Positions 19,416-33,377 of a stretch of DNA of 64,000 bases are shown here, piece after piece. Both the position numbers and the translations under genes were made by a program. Numbering within the stretch: the stretch's first letter is position 1; each line of letters opens with the position of its first letter. The notes under the pieces were generated by a model. The model was not told the origin of the DNA. It saw only the letters and a program-made list of their open reading frames with translations, and did no database searches. Where the stretch lies: the IMG/VR virus record IMGVR_UViG_3300046314_000297; one strand, written 5' to 3'. The DNA is from an uncultured virus (IMG/VR IMGVR_UViG_3300046314_000297). Lineage: Duplodnaviria > Heunggongvirae > Uroviricota > Caudoviricetes.

Positions 19416-20345
19416 CTACAGCCCCCAGCGCTGAGTAACGCGTCTATTTTTAAAATCTAGCCCAGCAAAGTTGCCATAGTCTTCTAGAGTGCGCTCCGTG
19501 CCTAAGGCATCGTCTCCAATTCGAGCATTGTTAAATATGTCAATAAGCTCTAGCTTAGATAACATATCTAGCTCTGGCCAAAGATCCGGATAATCTGCCC
19601 AAACAGACTCCCTGCGTGTAAACCCATCTGGCTGAGTATCGAAGTATAGGTGCCACAGTAGGTGATGAACAGGCAATACTGGAGTGAAGCCATGAGTAAA
19701 TGCTCTAGCTGCAATTAAAATCTCTTCCCCCCAGAATGCTATCTTCTTATTTGGTTTTATTTTTGCAAAATCCCCTACGGTAAAAATTAATCCTCCAGCA
19801 ACTGACGTACCATATATGCAACCTTTCGGGGCCACTACGGCATCTTGAGACGGTATATAGGACTTCTCAAACGCAATAGGGTTTTTTAAAAATGACATTC
19901 TAGTTGTGTGAAATACTGTTTTATCTTCTAGAACTTCTGTATCTTCACGGTAGTGATAACTAGGCGGATAGCCAGATATTAAAGGCTTTTTTATGCCCAA
20001 ATCTTGATAGTACTTAAGATCTGCTACTGCAATCTCATCCCAGTTAGGCATAAATCTCATGTGAGCATCGATCTGTAAGTAGTAATCTTCATCGGTGTAT
20101 AGCTCGTTAGCAATATGTCTAGATAACTGCAATCCTATATTGTTGGGCGCTATACTTTCTACATATTTAATTGTAGCTAGGTCAGATTCTATAAAAGGAA
20201 TTAGTATTTCGCCAGAGTATGCGATGCAGCTGTGTATGCCAAAAACAAGCCTATACTTACCAGAGGCTTTTGCTACTGCATCTACTATTGTCTTAGGTAG
20301 CTCTAAATCTCTATATGAGGGTATTTGTATAAAAATACTATCCAA
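19416..20345 (-). CDS. GT60-like (Pfam GlcNAc / Gnt1-type) polypeptide N-acetylglucosaminyltransferase
   Basis: SIFIQIPSYRD, DYYLQIDAHMRF..NWD (DxH), FWGEEILIAARAFTHGF, LWHLY, LGTERTLEDY..FAGLDF. Confidence 0.8.
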   Translation of the reverse strand: MDSIFIQIPSYRDLELPKTIVDAVAKASGKYRLVFGIHSCIAYSGEILIPFIESDLATIKYVESIAPNNIGLQLSRHIANELYTDEDYYLQIDAHMRFMPNWDEIAVADLKYYQDLGIKKPLISGYPPSYHYREDTEVLEDKTVFHTTRMSFLKNPIAFEKSYIPSQDAVVAPKGCIYGTSVAGGLIFTVGDFAKIKPNKKIAFWGEEILIAARAFTHGFTPVLPVHHLLWHLYFDTQPDGFTRRESVWADYPDLWPELDMLSKLELIDIFNNARIGDDALGTERTLEDYGNFAGLDFKNRRVTQRWGL

Positions 20346-20357
20346 GATATGGGCCCA

Positions 20358-20588
20358 CTACCACTTATGAAGCGGACACTCTGCGCTAGCAAGTTTGGTT
20401 TTCTGCTGCATAAAGCATAAGCATTCACTGCATTGTTTTGTTACTTTTATGAGCTTATCGCACCCTAAGCAGATATCTAGCCTGGTTTTAGCTTTTTTAT
20501 CATCTACGCGATCGGCAGCTGGGTTCAACATGTCCCATGGGCGAGAGGTGCCTAACTTCTTCTTATACTCTTCCCAGGGGGTAGCCAT
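20358..20588 (-). CDS. Small Cys-rich protein
   Basis: RLDICLGC...QCSECLCFM..KTKL..AECPLHKW; TAATG coupled. Confidence 0.7.
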   Translation of the reverse strand: MATPWEEYKKKLGTSRPWDMLNPAADRVDDKKAKTRLDICLGCDKLIKVTKQCSECLCFMQQKTKLASAECPLHKW

Positions 20589-20797
20589 TAGTAGTCCGAT
20601 GGTGGGGTAAATGTGCTGCCATCATATGTCCAGCCTAGGGTGACAGGAGAGTTTTCTTCTATCTCGACAATAATAGGCTTCGAGGAAAATCCCGCTGCAT
20701 GTCGCGGACCGCTAGGGTTTACTTCAGGGTCATCATCAAATATTAGTATGGTAAATACATCTTCACCAGCCACTGCTGCAAATTTTCTTGTTGCCAT
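20588..20797 (-). CDS. Small protein, possibly a fibre-assembly chaperone
   Basis: GAGGA RBS; C-terminal LGWTYDGSTFTPP. Confidence 0.6.
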   Translation of the reverse strand: MATRKFAAVAGEDVFTILIFDDDPEVNPSGPRHAAGFSSKPIIVEIEENSPVTLGWTYDGSTFTPPSDY

Positions 20798-20839
20798 TAT
20801 TTATCCTCTATTTTGTTCATGTACATTCATATACTACAA

Positions 20840-23647
20840 CTATATTGCACAAATCCTATTTGATCCAGTCCCCATCACAACACCACCACATGCGGCACAG
20901 TTGCTTAGGGTGATATTATTACATGAACTAGTTGCCGTAGTTGCCGTAGTTGCCGTAGTTGCCGTAGTTGCCGTAGTTGCTGTAGTTGCTGCTGGTGACG
21001 ATAGGATAGTTCCTGATTGAACCCAGCCGGTAGTTCCGTAGAAGTTAGTTGCTCTAGAGAATGCCGAGAAATAGAATGCTGGAGAAGATGCATCATATGT
21101 TGTGACTGTATATGATGTAGAGGTATTCCCCGATGCCTTCGTCAGGTTGCTCGAAAGGACTGGTGTAGAAGTACTAGCGTTTATTATAGTTTCTACGCTA
21201 TCAGCGCCTGACCATCCACTAGCTGTTGCAGTTAGAGATGTACCAGCAACTCCAGTACCACTTAGAGATACAGAACCTCCAGTTGGTGCAGTGCCAGCGG
21301 TAGTGGTGATAACTCCAGATGATACCCATGCAGAGGTTCCACCATTATTAGTAGCTCTAGCATATGCTCGAAACTGTACTAGCGGAGGTAGTGCATCAGT
21401 ATTTATGATCGTGGTGCTAGTGGATGAAGTTCCTGTAGCTCTAGCAACACTAGATTCCGTTGGGGTACTAGTAGATGCTACAATCTTGATTTCATAGCTA
21501 TTTACATTGCCCCAGCCGCTTGTACTAGCGTATAGGGTAGATCCGACAGTACTACCGCCAGTAAGTGATACGGTACCACCAGATGGTACTGGTATAGGGT
21601 ATGACTTAATAATAGTGTCAGATCCTACCCATGCTGAAGTTCCGTTTGCATTTGTAGATCTTCCAAATGCGCGGAAGTAGTATGGAGGGTCTGCAGCATC
21701 TTCTGTAGTAATTGTGTACTGCACGGAGTTATACAGGCTACTTGCTTTGGTAATGTTGCCTTCTACTGGTGGATTGACAGTACTAGCTACAATCTTTGTC
21801 TCGTAAGAAAGAGGCGCGTTTCCCCAGTTGCTGGTGGTAGCCGTTAGTGTAGTTCCTGCCATACCAGTTCCAGAAATACCAGACTGACCTCCAGTAGGCG
21901 GTCCTAACGTAGTCAAGCTAACTGAAGCACTGCCCGATGGGTCGCTCAGTGTGACTGTATATGTGACGCCTGGAGTAAGTCCAGTTACAGTGTATTGCGT
22001 ATCTAAAGTTGCCCCCTCCAAGACTGTATAGTCTGTCTTAAAAACATTGTTTGCAGATACGCTGAAATATCGTTCGTAGCTAGAGATAGCTACTTGGAGT
22101 CTTACTTTTAAACTAGTAGTAGTTGCAGTCCCTGCAACTTCGCTGATACTGATAGCCCCTACCAGTGGTTGTGCAATTAGAATTGCGCTAGATGGGTACC
22201 AACCAGAGACACCATTAGCATTGGTAGCACGTACGAATGATCGATACCTGTTTGGCGGTGGATCAGTGTCAAGTTTGGTAATTTTGTATGATGCCTGAGA
22301 CTCTCCAGTGGCTACTATTGGACTGGACTCAGTAGGATCATAGCCATATGTAGATGTAATTTTTGTCTCGTAGGCAGTTGGATTATTAGTCCAGTTTTGA
22401 GCAAACGAAGTTATAGTCGAGCCAACCGTTGTATCTCCAACTAGGTTTATCTGACCTGGTGCAGACAAGGGTAAGGTAGTTGCAGTGGTAGTAGCATCTA
22501 CTTGCCCGTTGGCTAGAGTAAACGAGTACTCAACACTAGCGATCAATCCATTGAAAACAAAAGTCTCGTCAAAAGCTACATCTGCTGCTGCAGTATATGT
22601 AGCCGCATAGCTGAGTGGTAGTCCAGTTTGGCCATAATATAGGTCATATGTTACTTCGTATGGGTATACGGGTGCAGTCATATGTACCGAAATGCTGCTA
22701 CCGCTTAGTGGTGTAGCGGATATCTCGTGTAGGTTAGGTGGATTTCCCTGAGTAGTTACTGTAGCCGACGCTGGTTCTGAATTTCCGTACGCATTGGTAC
22801 GAATAACTTCTACCTTATATTTAGTTCCGTACTCTATGTTTCCGCTAAATGTTACTGGAGATTCGGCTGTAGATTCTCCAACAATCATTTCTGTATTAAA
22901 ATCTGTCAGAATTACGGTTGTAGAGGTTACTGGAGACCCACCGGTACCGCCTGCTGCAGCAAATGTAACTGTAACTGTATTATTGAGCGCCGTAAAACTT
23001 CCGATTGAGGCTTTTTCTGGAGCGGTATATACCGTTACTGATGAAGTCGGATCAGATAGCCCGGTAGTGCCCTCATTATTAGAGGACGCGGCCTTGACTG
23101 TATAAGTACTTCCGCCCTGCAACCCTGTTACCAATCCTGGAGATGTAGTGAAATACGCTACTGGACCGCTAGGAAAGGGAATTGCAAAGATAGTTACAGG
23201 TGGACTTCCCCCATCCGCAGGGGGAGTAAAGGGGAGGCTTATAGCGCCATCACCGTAAAATCTGCCAGGCTCGTTAGTTGGAGTCCCTAGTACCGGGATA
23301 GCCGGGATAGTCTTTACTTTTACTGCAGGTGATAAAGCTGACCATGGAGAAATGCCAGCAGCATTAATTGCTCGTATCTTGAACTGATAGGTTACGCCGC
23401 CAGTAAGGCTGCCAACCAGTATGGTCTCTCCCGGAGCGTATGTGTTTTGATACGACCCCGATGAGGAGACTATCTCGTAAGAAGTTGCTGGTGATCCGTT
23501 TGGATTAGGGGTATATGACAGCATCAACATTCCGTTGCCGAATGGTCTGCCGCTCACGTTTAGTGCGGTAACGTTGGTTGGTGCTTTAGGAGCAAGAAAT
23601 GATTTACTATTTTGAGAAGCCTCTACACCGTGGTGATGGTTTCTCAT
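20840..23647 (-). CDS. Large FN3/Ig-like repeat protein with Thr-rich linker and Cys-rich tip
   Basis: YQFKIRAINAAG and other FN3 strands; four repeats ending RA/ST-NxxG..W; (TAT)n; terminal 4-Cys segment. Confidence 0.8.
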   Translation of the reverse strand: MRNHHHGVEASQNSKSFLAPKAPTNVTALNVSGRPFGNGMLMLSYTPNPNGSPATSYEIVSSSGSYQNTYAPGETILVGSLTGGVTYQFKIRAINAAGISPWSALSPAVKVKTIPAIPVLGTPTNEPGRFYGDGAISLPFTPPADGGSPPVTIFAIPFPSGPVAYFTTSPGLVTGLQGGSTYTVKAASSNNEGTTGLSDPTSSVTVYTAPEKASIGSFTALNNTVTVTFAAAGGTGGSPVTSTTVILTDFNTEMIVGESTAESPVTFSGNIEYGTKYKVEVIRTNAYGNSEPASATVTTQGNPPNLHEISATPLSGSSISVHMTAPVYPYEVTYDLYYGQTGLPLSYAATYTAAADVAFDETFVFNGLIASVEYSFTLANGQVDATTTATTLPLSAPGQINLVGDTTVGSTITSFAQNWTNNPTAYETKITSTYGYDPTESSPIVATGESQASYKITKLDTDPPPNRYRSFVRATNANGVSGWYPSSAILIAQPLVGAISISEVAGTATTTSLKVRLQVAISSYERYFSVSANNVFKTDYTVLEGATLDTQYTVTGLTPGVTYTVTLSDPSGSASVSLTTLGPPTGGQSGISGTGMAGTTLTATTSNWGNAPLSYETKIVASTVNPPVEGNITKASSLYNSVQYTITTEDAADPPYYFRAFGRSTNANGTSAWVGSDTIIKSYPIPVPSGGTVSLTGGSTVGSTLYASTSGWGNVNSYEIKIVASTSTPTESSVARATGTSSTSTTIINTDALPPLVQFRAYARATNNGGTSAWVSSGVITTTAGTAPTGGSVSLSGTGVAGTSLTATASGWSGADSVETIINASTSTPVLSSNLTKASGNTSTSYTVTTYDASSPAFYFSAFSRATNFYGTTGWVQSGTILSSPAATTATTATTATTATTATTATSSCNNITLSNCAACGGVVMGTGSNRICAI
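20931..20984. repeat. 9-bp tandem repeat GTTGCCGTA (5 perfect + 1 degenerate copy) encoding (Thr-Ala-Thr)n
   Basis: Read directly from sequence. Confidence 0.95.
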
Positions 23648-24918
23648 TATGCGCTCAAATCACCGAGTAGTAGCCAAGTTCCGTTAGAGCGTTTAATTAG
23701 TGATGCGGATGACCAGCGATCACGTAGCTTAAGTCCTGGAGTTCCATACACTGAGACGCCAGAACCCGCCACTGATACTCCTCCAGTATTCACTCTTACA
23801 ATAGTAATTTGAGCACCAGTCATAAATACTGCGCCGCTAGGTACACTAATCACTACGTCCTGAGAGCTATTTACTTCGATGACCTTGCCATCATCCGAGG
23901 CAACTAGAGTATAGCTAGCTGTCTGAGCATTAAACTCTAGGTGAGAAACTATGTTTCCGTTAGCGCTTACGCTAGCTAGAACGGATGTCCCGGCTGGGCT
24001 CTGCCATTCCTGTATGTTTGCTGTGTTAGAGGACGCACCTTTAACAATCAATGCCTTAGCTGTAGACGAGGCAGCTGTAATAGTCTGCGTACCAACTAGA
24101 GATAGTGACGTACTCTGGTTAAACCCTATAGTTGATGTATTAACATTGAACGTAACTGGTGAAGTAGCAACTAAACCGCTAAGGCCTCCAGGTCCAGTTG
24201 GGCCCGTGGTGCCTGTTGGACCCGTCGGGCCATCTGACCCATTTATACCATTAGTACCGTTGGTGCCACTCGCTCCCGTAGGGCCAGTTGGTCCATCGTC
24301 ACCTTTGTCACCTGTGCGTACGAAGGTAATGTTCACATCTTGGCTGTTTGCCCAAGATGTCACGTTTCCGTCTAGGTAAGATATTGGCACTTCATAATAC
24401 GAGTCATGTGCGTAGTGATACCCAGTAATTGCATAATATACATAATTATCTGGATTACCAATTTCAGAAATTTTAAAGTGGCCCTTGATCGCGGAGCTAG
24501 AGTCATCAATTGTTTCCAAGTAAGCCTGAGCATCTGATGCATTGAAATCAAACCAGCTTATATAGAGCATGGTAGCTGTAGTTAGAGTGTTGTCAAATCC
24601 TAGGTTTCCCGATCCTGGATTGATATCTACAGTGCTAGTGATGTAGTTGTACTTGAACGTAGCTCCACCAAAGGTCCCCTGCGGCCCTACTGCTCCAGTT
24701 GGACCTGTTGGCCCCGTGACATTTGAAGCTGCACCTGTTGGTCCAGTTACACTAGGTCCGGTTGGCCCAGTTGCACCTGTACCGCCCTGTGGTCCGGTTG
24801 GTCCTAGTACAAAAGTAGTTAGTTTTACGTCCCAGGTAGCGCCATTCCAAACCCACGTACGATTATCATACGTAAATTCATCATTTACTGATGGAGAGTT
24901 TGGGAAATTGATGGCCAT
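23647..24918 (-). CDS. Collagen-like fibre: MAINFP N-module, G-X-T stalk, C-terminal '...LLGDL' domain
   Basis: MAINFPNSP...WVWNGATW; GPT repeats; QTASYTL..SDDGK...WLLLGDL. Confidence 0.85.
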   Translation of the reverse strand: MAINFPNSPSVNDEFTYDNRTWVWNGATWDVKLTTFVLGPTGPQGGTGATGPTGPSVTGPTGAASNVTGPTGPTGAVGPQGTFGGATFKYNYITSTVDINPGSGNLGFDNTLTTATMLYISWFDFNASDAQAYLETIDDSSSAIKGHFKISEIGNPDNYVYYAITGYHYAHDSYYEVPISYLDGNVTSWANSQDVNITFVRTGDKGDDGPTGPTGASGTNGTNGINGSDGPTGPTGTTGPTGPGGLSGLVATSPVTFNVNTSTIGFNQSTSLSLVGTQTITAASSTAKALIVKGASSNTANIQEWQSPAGTSVLASVSANGNIVSHLEFNAQTASYTLVASDDGKVIEVNSSQDVVISVPSGAVFMTGAQITIVRVNTGGVSVAGSGVSVYGTPGLKLRDRWSSASLIKRSNGTWLLLGDLSA

Positions 24919-24945
24919 TTATGTCCTATACAAAGTATTATGTCT

Positions 24946-24954
24946 ATTTTACCA
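24946..24954 (-). promoter_or_regulatory. Cassette promoter TGGTAAAAT(AGAC)
   Basis: Recurrent motif upstream of 24918. Confidence 0.6.
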
Positions 24955-24977
24955 TGATAAAAACTGCAGTGTAGAGG

Positions 24978-25793
24978 CTATTTAGGGTAGCGGACTATTA
25001 CAATCCCTGAGCCGCCATTACCTCCAGCAGCAAATAGTGCACCTCCACCGCCACCGCCAGTATTAGTAGTACCAGATGTAGCCGGAATACCACCAGAGTA
25101 GTTATTACCGTTACCACCACCGCCATACCCACCTAAAGCGCCATAGCGACCGCCCGCTCCGCCACCAGCATAATAGACAGTACCCGAAACATTTTGTCCA
25201 GTAGTTGTAGCAAGGCCCCAGCTAGAGAATACCGCTGAGCCTATACCACCAGCTTGCCCGCCCGAGGTTCCACCAGCTCCTCCTCCACCACCATAGTTTC
25301 CTGGTGAACCTGCGTAACCTTGACCTGCTACCCCAGAACCTGGGCTGTGAATACTTCCTCCACCGCCAGAACCACCACTACCTGCAGAGAAGTAGTAATT
25401 ATCGCCAACACCGCCGCCAATAGCCTCAGCGCGTGAGCCCAGTCTGGAGTTAGTTCCATTCGTTCCTTGGCTAACGTTTCCATTAGACGGGATACCACCA
25501 CCACCAATAGTTACAGTATAGGTTCCGGTAGCCAAAGATACCGCTGGGTCAGATAGAAGTCCACCTGCTCCACCGCCACCATTCTGGTCATTACCACCGC
25601 CACCACCACCAGCTATAACAATCATGTCGGCAATAATACTTCCACCAGTTATTGATAGAGATCCGCTTGAAGTAAATACTATGTAGTTATAGCTAGCATC
25701 TGAGTACAATGTTCCGCCAGTGACTACTGGCTTAGGAATAATATCAAGCCAGCCTCTTGCAGATGCTGCACCCGCTGTTGAGAGTAGAGGCAT
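24978..25793 (-). CDS. Glycine-rich domain protein with MPLL N-peptide
   Basis: IAGGGGGG...GGGGAGG...YYAGGG...NTGGGGG...GGSGIVIVRY. Confidence 0.8.
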   Translation of the reverse strand: MPLLSTAGAASARGWLDIIPKPVVTGGTLYSDASYNYIVFTSSGSLSITGGSIIADMIVIAGGGGGGNDQNGGGGAGGLLSDPAVSLATGTYTVTIGGGGIPSNGNVSQGTNGTNSRLGSRAEAIGGGVGDNYYFSAGSGGSGGGGSIHSPGSGVAGQGYAGSPGNYGGGGGAGGTSGGQAGGIGSAVFSSWGLATTTGQNVSGTVYYAGGGAGGRYGALGGYGGGGNGNNYSGGIPATSGTTNTGGGGGGALFAAGGNGGSGIVIVRYPK

Positions 25794-25804
25794 TAATCTA
25801 CTCC

Positions 25805-29700
<3,896 letters not shown>

Positions 29701-29701
<1 letters not shown>

Positions 29702-30063
29702 TAGCGTGTTACCTCCGCACGTACCGTAAATTCGCCTTGAAGAACAGTAGTAACTTCAGAAGTTTCTGTTTCTGTTAGGTCTAGATCGTAGACATAGTCA
29801 CCAGCTGGCATTTCAGTCATAACCGCAGCTGAAATGTAGAGCTCAATTAGCCCCTTGGTCCCGTCTAGCTTGATTAGACCATTCTCGGTAGAAAGCTCTA
29901 GCAAGATAACTGGAGATGTAGCTCTAGTTCTAATCTGCATCAGTCCAGTGTGCAGCCCGAAGGTAATTGGCTTCTTGGCTGTGGTCTTAAGAACGATGTG
30001 TCGCTGAAAAGTTGCACCTTGGTCTGCAATAATGTCATATATATTGCTAGAAAAGCACGACAT
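29701..30063 (-). CDS. Small beta-sandwich virion protein (BppU_N-like); paralogue of 59498..59857
   Basis: [11 protein letters not shown]...QIR...LELSTENG.I...YVYDLDL...LQGEFTV..EVTR. Confidence 0.7.
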
Positions 30064-30092
30064 AACGGTCCTTAAGGTAGAGTATTACCTCT

Positions 30093-30101
30093 ATTTTACC
30101 G
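30093..30101 (-). promoter_or_regulatory. Cassette promoter CGGTAAAAT(AGAG)
   Basis: Recurrent motif upstream of 30063. Confidence 0.55.
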
Positions 30102-30139
30102 CATTCACTACTTACTGACTGTCCTTAGTTGCTCAGGAT

Positions 30140-31477
30140 TTAGAAGGTAATTGAGCCTGAAGCAGTCCAAGTATAGACGCGGTAGCCGTTGACAAAAGTG
30201 ATCATAGGATTGCCAGTTACAGCCGCTGGAGCTGTGTAGGTGTCTGGGTAACGGATAGCTACGAGGCCCGAACCGCCAGTAGCGCCTCCGTTTCCCGTGG
30301 CACCGGCTCCACCACCAGTATTAATAGTACCTGGGTTTGCAGCAGCATTAGCTATGGCACCATTGCCACCACCGCCAAGGCCGCCTATACTATTAGTCCC
30401 AGAGCCAGTGTTGAGTCCGCCACCACCACCACCAGCATAATAGGTAGCGTTACCTGAAAAAGTATTTACAATACCATTTCCGCCATTTCCAGGGACTGTG
30501 GCACTAATTGCGTTTCCACCTACCTGACCTGCCCCGCCGCCACCGCCACCAGGGTAGTTTGCTACCCCAAAACCACCGTTAGTTCCACCTGCATAACCTT
30601 GACCAGCAATCCCTGTTCCACCGTACGAGGTTGCTCCACCTACCTGAGCACCACCACCACCTGACCCACCGTTGTTTCCAGAACCAGCGTTATTGTTTCC
30701 TGCACCACCTCCACCACCACCGGTAGCAGTTATAGAAGAAAATACAGAGCTGGACCCATTACCTCCAAGAGTAATTCCATTTCCAGAACCAGCCGCTCCT
30801 CCCCCGCCAATAGTAACTGTTAGAGGAGAGCCAGGGGCCACAGAGAATCCAGATGCAGTTAGAAGTCCTCCAGCTCCACCACCTCCCTGGTTAGAGCCAC
30901 CTCCGCCTGCAACTACAAGGTAGTCAACTGCAGGAGTGGCTCCTAAAGATGCTGTAGGAATACGATTAACACCATAAATAGTCACTGTACTTCCAGCAAT
31001 AAAGTTGGAAGAGTTTCCATCTGTAATATCGATACGGTTAATAGCTGTAGTAGAGTTCCAAAAACCCGTACCTACTCGCATGTAACTAGTAGCTCCGTTA
31101 GTTTCTGAAGCACTATCCATAGCGCAAACCTTGGTATTGCTACTCGTATAGTTTGGGATAGACATTTGCCAGGTACCAAAAGTATTTGTAGTAGCAAAAC
31201 TAGAGACGTTAAGAATGTAACCAATACCGTTTGCTACTGCAAAGTTAGAACTTCCATAGGCACCGTTTCCGTTACCTTCAAAGCCGCGCACCTTATAGTT
31301 AGCACCAGTATCGTTATTAAATGTGACCTGAAGGTCAGCTCCTGGGTCTGTATTTGCTCTAGTGGTTCTAATAGTTGCAACAATAAGCAAATCAGTATAA
31401 ACCTGAGATAAATTCTGAAAAGTAAAAACATTAGTTGGCGACGACAAAGTTTGTTTAGCTATTTGTACATAACTCAT
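30140..31477 (-). CDS. Trio subunit C (YTDL domain) plus circularly permuted glycine-rich domain
   Basis: QVYTDLL..., IPNY; C-terminal Gly-rich ending YTWTASGSITF. Confidence 0.8.
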   Translation of the reverse strand: MSYVQIAKQTLSSPTNVFTFQNLSQVYTDLLIVATIRTTRANTDPGADLQVTFNNDTGANYKVRGFEGNGNGAYGSSNFAVANGIGYILNVSSFATTNTFGTWQMSIPNYTSSNTKVCAMDSASETNGATSYMRVGTGFWNSTTAINRIDITDGNSSNFIAGSTVTIYGVNRIPTASLGATPAVDYLVVAGGGGSNQGGGGAGGLLTASGFSVAPGSPLTVTIGGGGAAGSGNGITLGGNGSSSVFSSITATGGGGGGAGNNNAGSGNNGGSGGGGAQVGGATSYGGTGIAGQGYAGGTNGGFGVANYPGGGGGGAGQVGGNAISATVPGNGGNGIVNTFSGNATYYAGGGGGGLNTGSGTNSIGGLGGGGNGAIANAAANPGTINTGGGAGATGNGGATGGSGLVAIRYPDTYTAPAAVTGNPMITFVNGYRVYTWTASGSITF

Positions 31478-31956
31478 GCTAGTACTCCATACAGAATAAA
31501 CGTAGAACCAATACCATACGTATCAGTGTTAGTAGTTGTTACAGAGAGCGAAGTAACCGAGCTAGTAGAGGCCCAACGGCCTACAGTTAAGTTCTCACTA
31601 TCGGTAACTGAGTGAGAGTGGGTAATTACAGTCTTATGTTTATCTGAAGCACTGTAGTCCATTACTCTAAATACTACATACTCTCCAGATGACGGGCCGT
31701 CGGTAAAGAGAGCTGTTTCCGGGGTAACGTAAAACCCCGTAGCAGAAGTACCATTGCCACGTAAACCTACTCGTGAGTAGTTTCCTGAAGTAGCATCGCC
31801 GTTAAAACGAAGACTCGGGTACGCAGATACGGTGGAATTCTGTAAAGTTACTACTAAAATTAGATCCCTATAACTTTGAGTCAAGTTAGTAAATACCACG
31901 GCTGTCTGGGCCGTGGTAAGGGTTACCTGGCCTATTTGAACTTGAGCATCTGGCAT
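31474..31956 (-). CDS. Trio subunit B (YRDL domain)
   Basis: QSYRDLILV, FNGD, DYSASDKHKT, LYGVLA. Confidence 0.8.
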   Translation of the reverse strand: MPDAQVQIGQVTLTTAQTAVVFTNLTQSYRDLILVVTLQNSTVSAYPSLRFNGDATSGNYSRVGLRGNGTSATGFYVTPETALFTDGPSSGEYVVFRVMDYSASDKHKTVITHSHSVTDSENLTVGRWASTSSVTSLSVTTTNTDTYGIGSTFILYGVLA

Positions 31957-31958
31957 AG

Positions 31959-33368
31959 CTATCCTCTCATACCATACAAAGAAACGCGAGTTCCAACAGC
32001 TAAATTACCAATAGCTGAGAAGACAGATATCGAAGTAATTGGAGCTGTGCTTAACCAAGCTCCAGAAATATGATTAGCAATTCCAGTACTAGCACTAGTT
32101 CCTACTACTCCATTAATAAGCCTAGTGACCTTATTATTAGTAGAACTAAAAGCATTGAGTATATCGATAATGCTTGCACCATATGCACCAGCCGTGGCAC
32201 CAGCACCTGCAAAACTTCCTATGTAGGTTCTGGTTTGTGAAGTACCATTTCCGGTACCTACTGCACTGTTGTAAGAGTACAGCTGATGATATGTATAGTT
32301 TGAGCCAGAATCGCCGTTAAATTGCATCCAAAAATCTTGAGTAGCTGCACCACCATCTGCCCTAGCTGCCATTCTTATTTGCAAGTGTGCGTATTGGCTA
32401 GACGGGATTCCTGAGAATACTGCTGCAGCCTGTGCAGTGGTTACGTTAATAGTTCCGATAAGTTCATAAGCACTAGTAGAAGGTAGAACTGCAGTTTTTA
32501 AGTACCTAACGATAACTACACCCGAACCGCCAGCACCACCTGCACTTACACCGCCTTCTCCGTTAGAACCTCCACCGCCGCCAGTGTTAGCAACTCCAGC
32601 ATTTGAGGCACCATTTCTAACTCCTGCACCTCCACCGCCTGCGCCTCCAGAGCCGTTAATACCTCCAAGGTAGCTACCTGCACCTCCACCGCCAGCATAG
32701 TAGCCAGATACGCCAGTACCAGTCGCAGTTGCCCAGGCTGCGTAGGTGTTTAATCCTATCCCACCATTTCCAGAGCTAGTACTAGTACCGTTACCACCTA
32801 CGCCTCCAGCACCTCCACCACCACCCGCGCCATAATTAGGGGCAGAGTATGTACCAGTACCACCAGCAAAACCTTGTCCAGCTGTTGGGGTTCCGCCAGC
32901 ACCTGTAGGGGCAGCTGGGTTGTTTCCACCACCACCACCAGAGCCGCCATCTAATCCGTTAGCATCGCTAGTCCCCGCTCCACCACCGCCTCCACCGACA
33001 GCAATAGTTGAATTTCCAAATCTAGATTGGGTACCGCTACCCCCTCGCCCTGGATTGACAGGACTACCACCCGCACCAACAGTGACTGTATAAGAAGTTG
33101 GAGTTAGACTTTGGCTTGGCAGTGGTACAAAACCACCAGCACCACCCGCGCCACCACGGTCTTGGCTACCAGCGCCTCCACCAGCAATGACGAGTACATC
33201 GGCATTTAAAACTCCGCCAGTTACTGTAAGTGTAGAGCTACCCTTAAAAGTCCGGTAAAAGTAAGTAGAGTCCTCGGAAAGAATTCCACCTGTAATAGCT
33301 GATGGCTTAGATCCAGCTTTTAAAAATGCTAAAAGTCCGCCAATACCTGCGACGCCCAAAAATGGCAT
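31959..33368 (-). CDS. Glycine-rich domain (MPFL N-peptide) plus trio subunit A domain
   Basis: Gly-rich N-half; YELIGT...YAHLQIR...SLYGMRG. Confidence 0.8.
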   Translation of the reverse strand: MPFLGVAGIGGLLAFLKAGSKPSAITGGILSEDSTYFYRTFKGSSTLTVTGGVLNADVLVIAGGGAGSQDRGGAGGAGGFVPLPSQSLTPTSYTVTVGAGGSPVNPGRGGSGTQSRFGNSTIAVGGGGGGAGTSDANGLDGGSGGGGGNNPAAPTGAGGTPTAGQGFAGGTGTYSAPNYGAGGGGGAGGVGGNGTSTSSGNGGIGLNTYAAWATATGTGVSGYYAGGGGAGSYLGGINGSGGAGGGGAGVRNGASNAGVANTGGGGGSNGEGGVSAGGAGGSGVVIVRYLKTAVLPSTSAYELIGTINVTTAQAAAVFSGIPSSQYAHLQIRMAARADGGAATQDFWMQFNGDSGSNYTYHQLYSYNSAVGTGNGTSQTRTYIGSFAGAGATAGAYGASIIDILNAFSSTNNKVTRLINGVVGTSASTGIANHISGAWLSTAPITSISVFSAIGNLAVGTRVSLYGMRG

Positions 33369-33377
33369 GTGTTACTC

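Noticed and set aside
20931..20984. 9-bp repeat as iteron or CRISPR
   Set aside because: No spacers; in frame within a coding region
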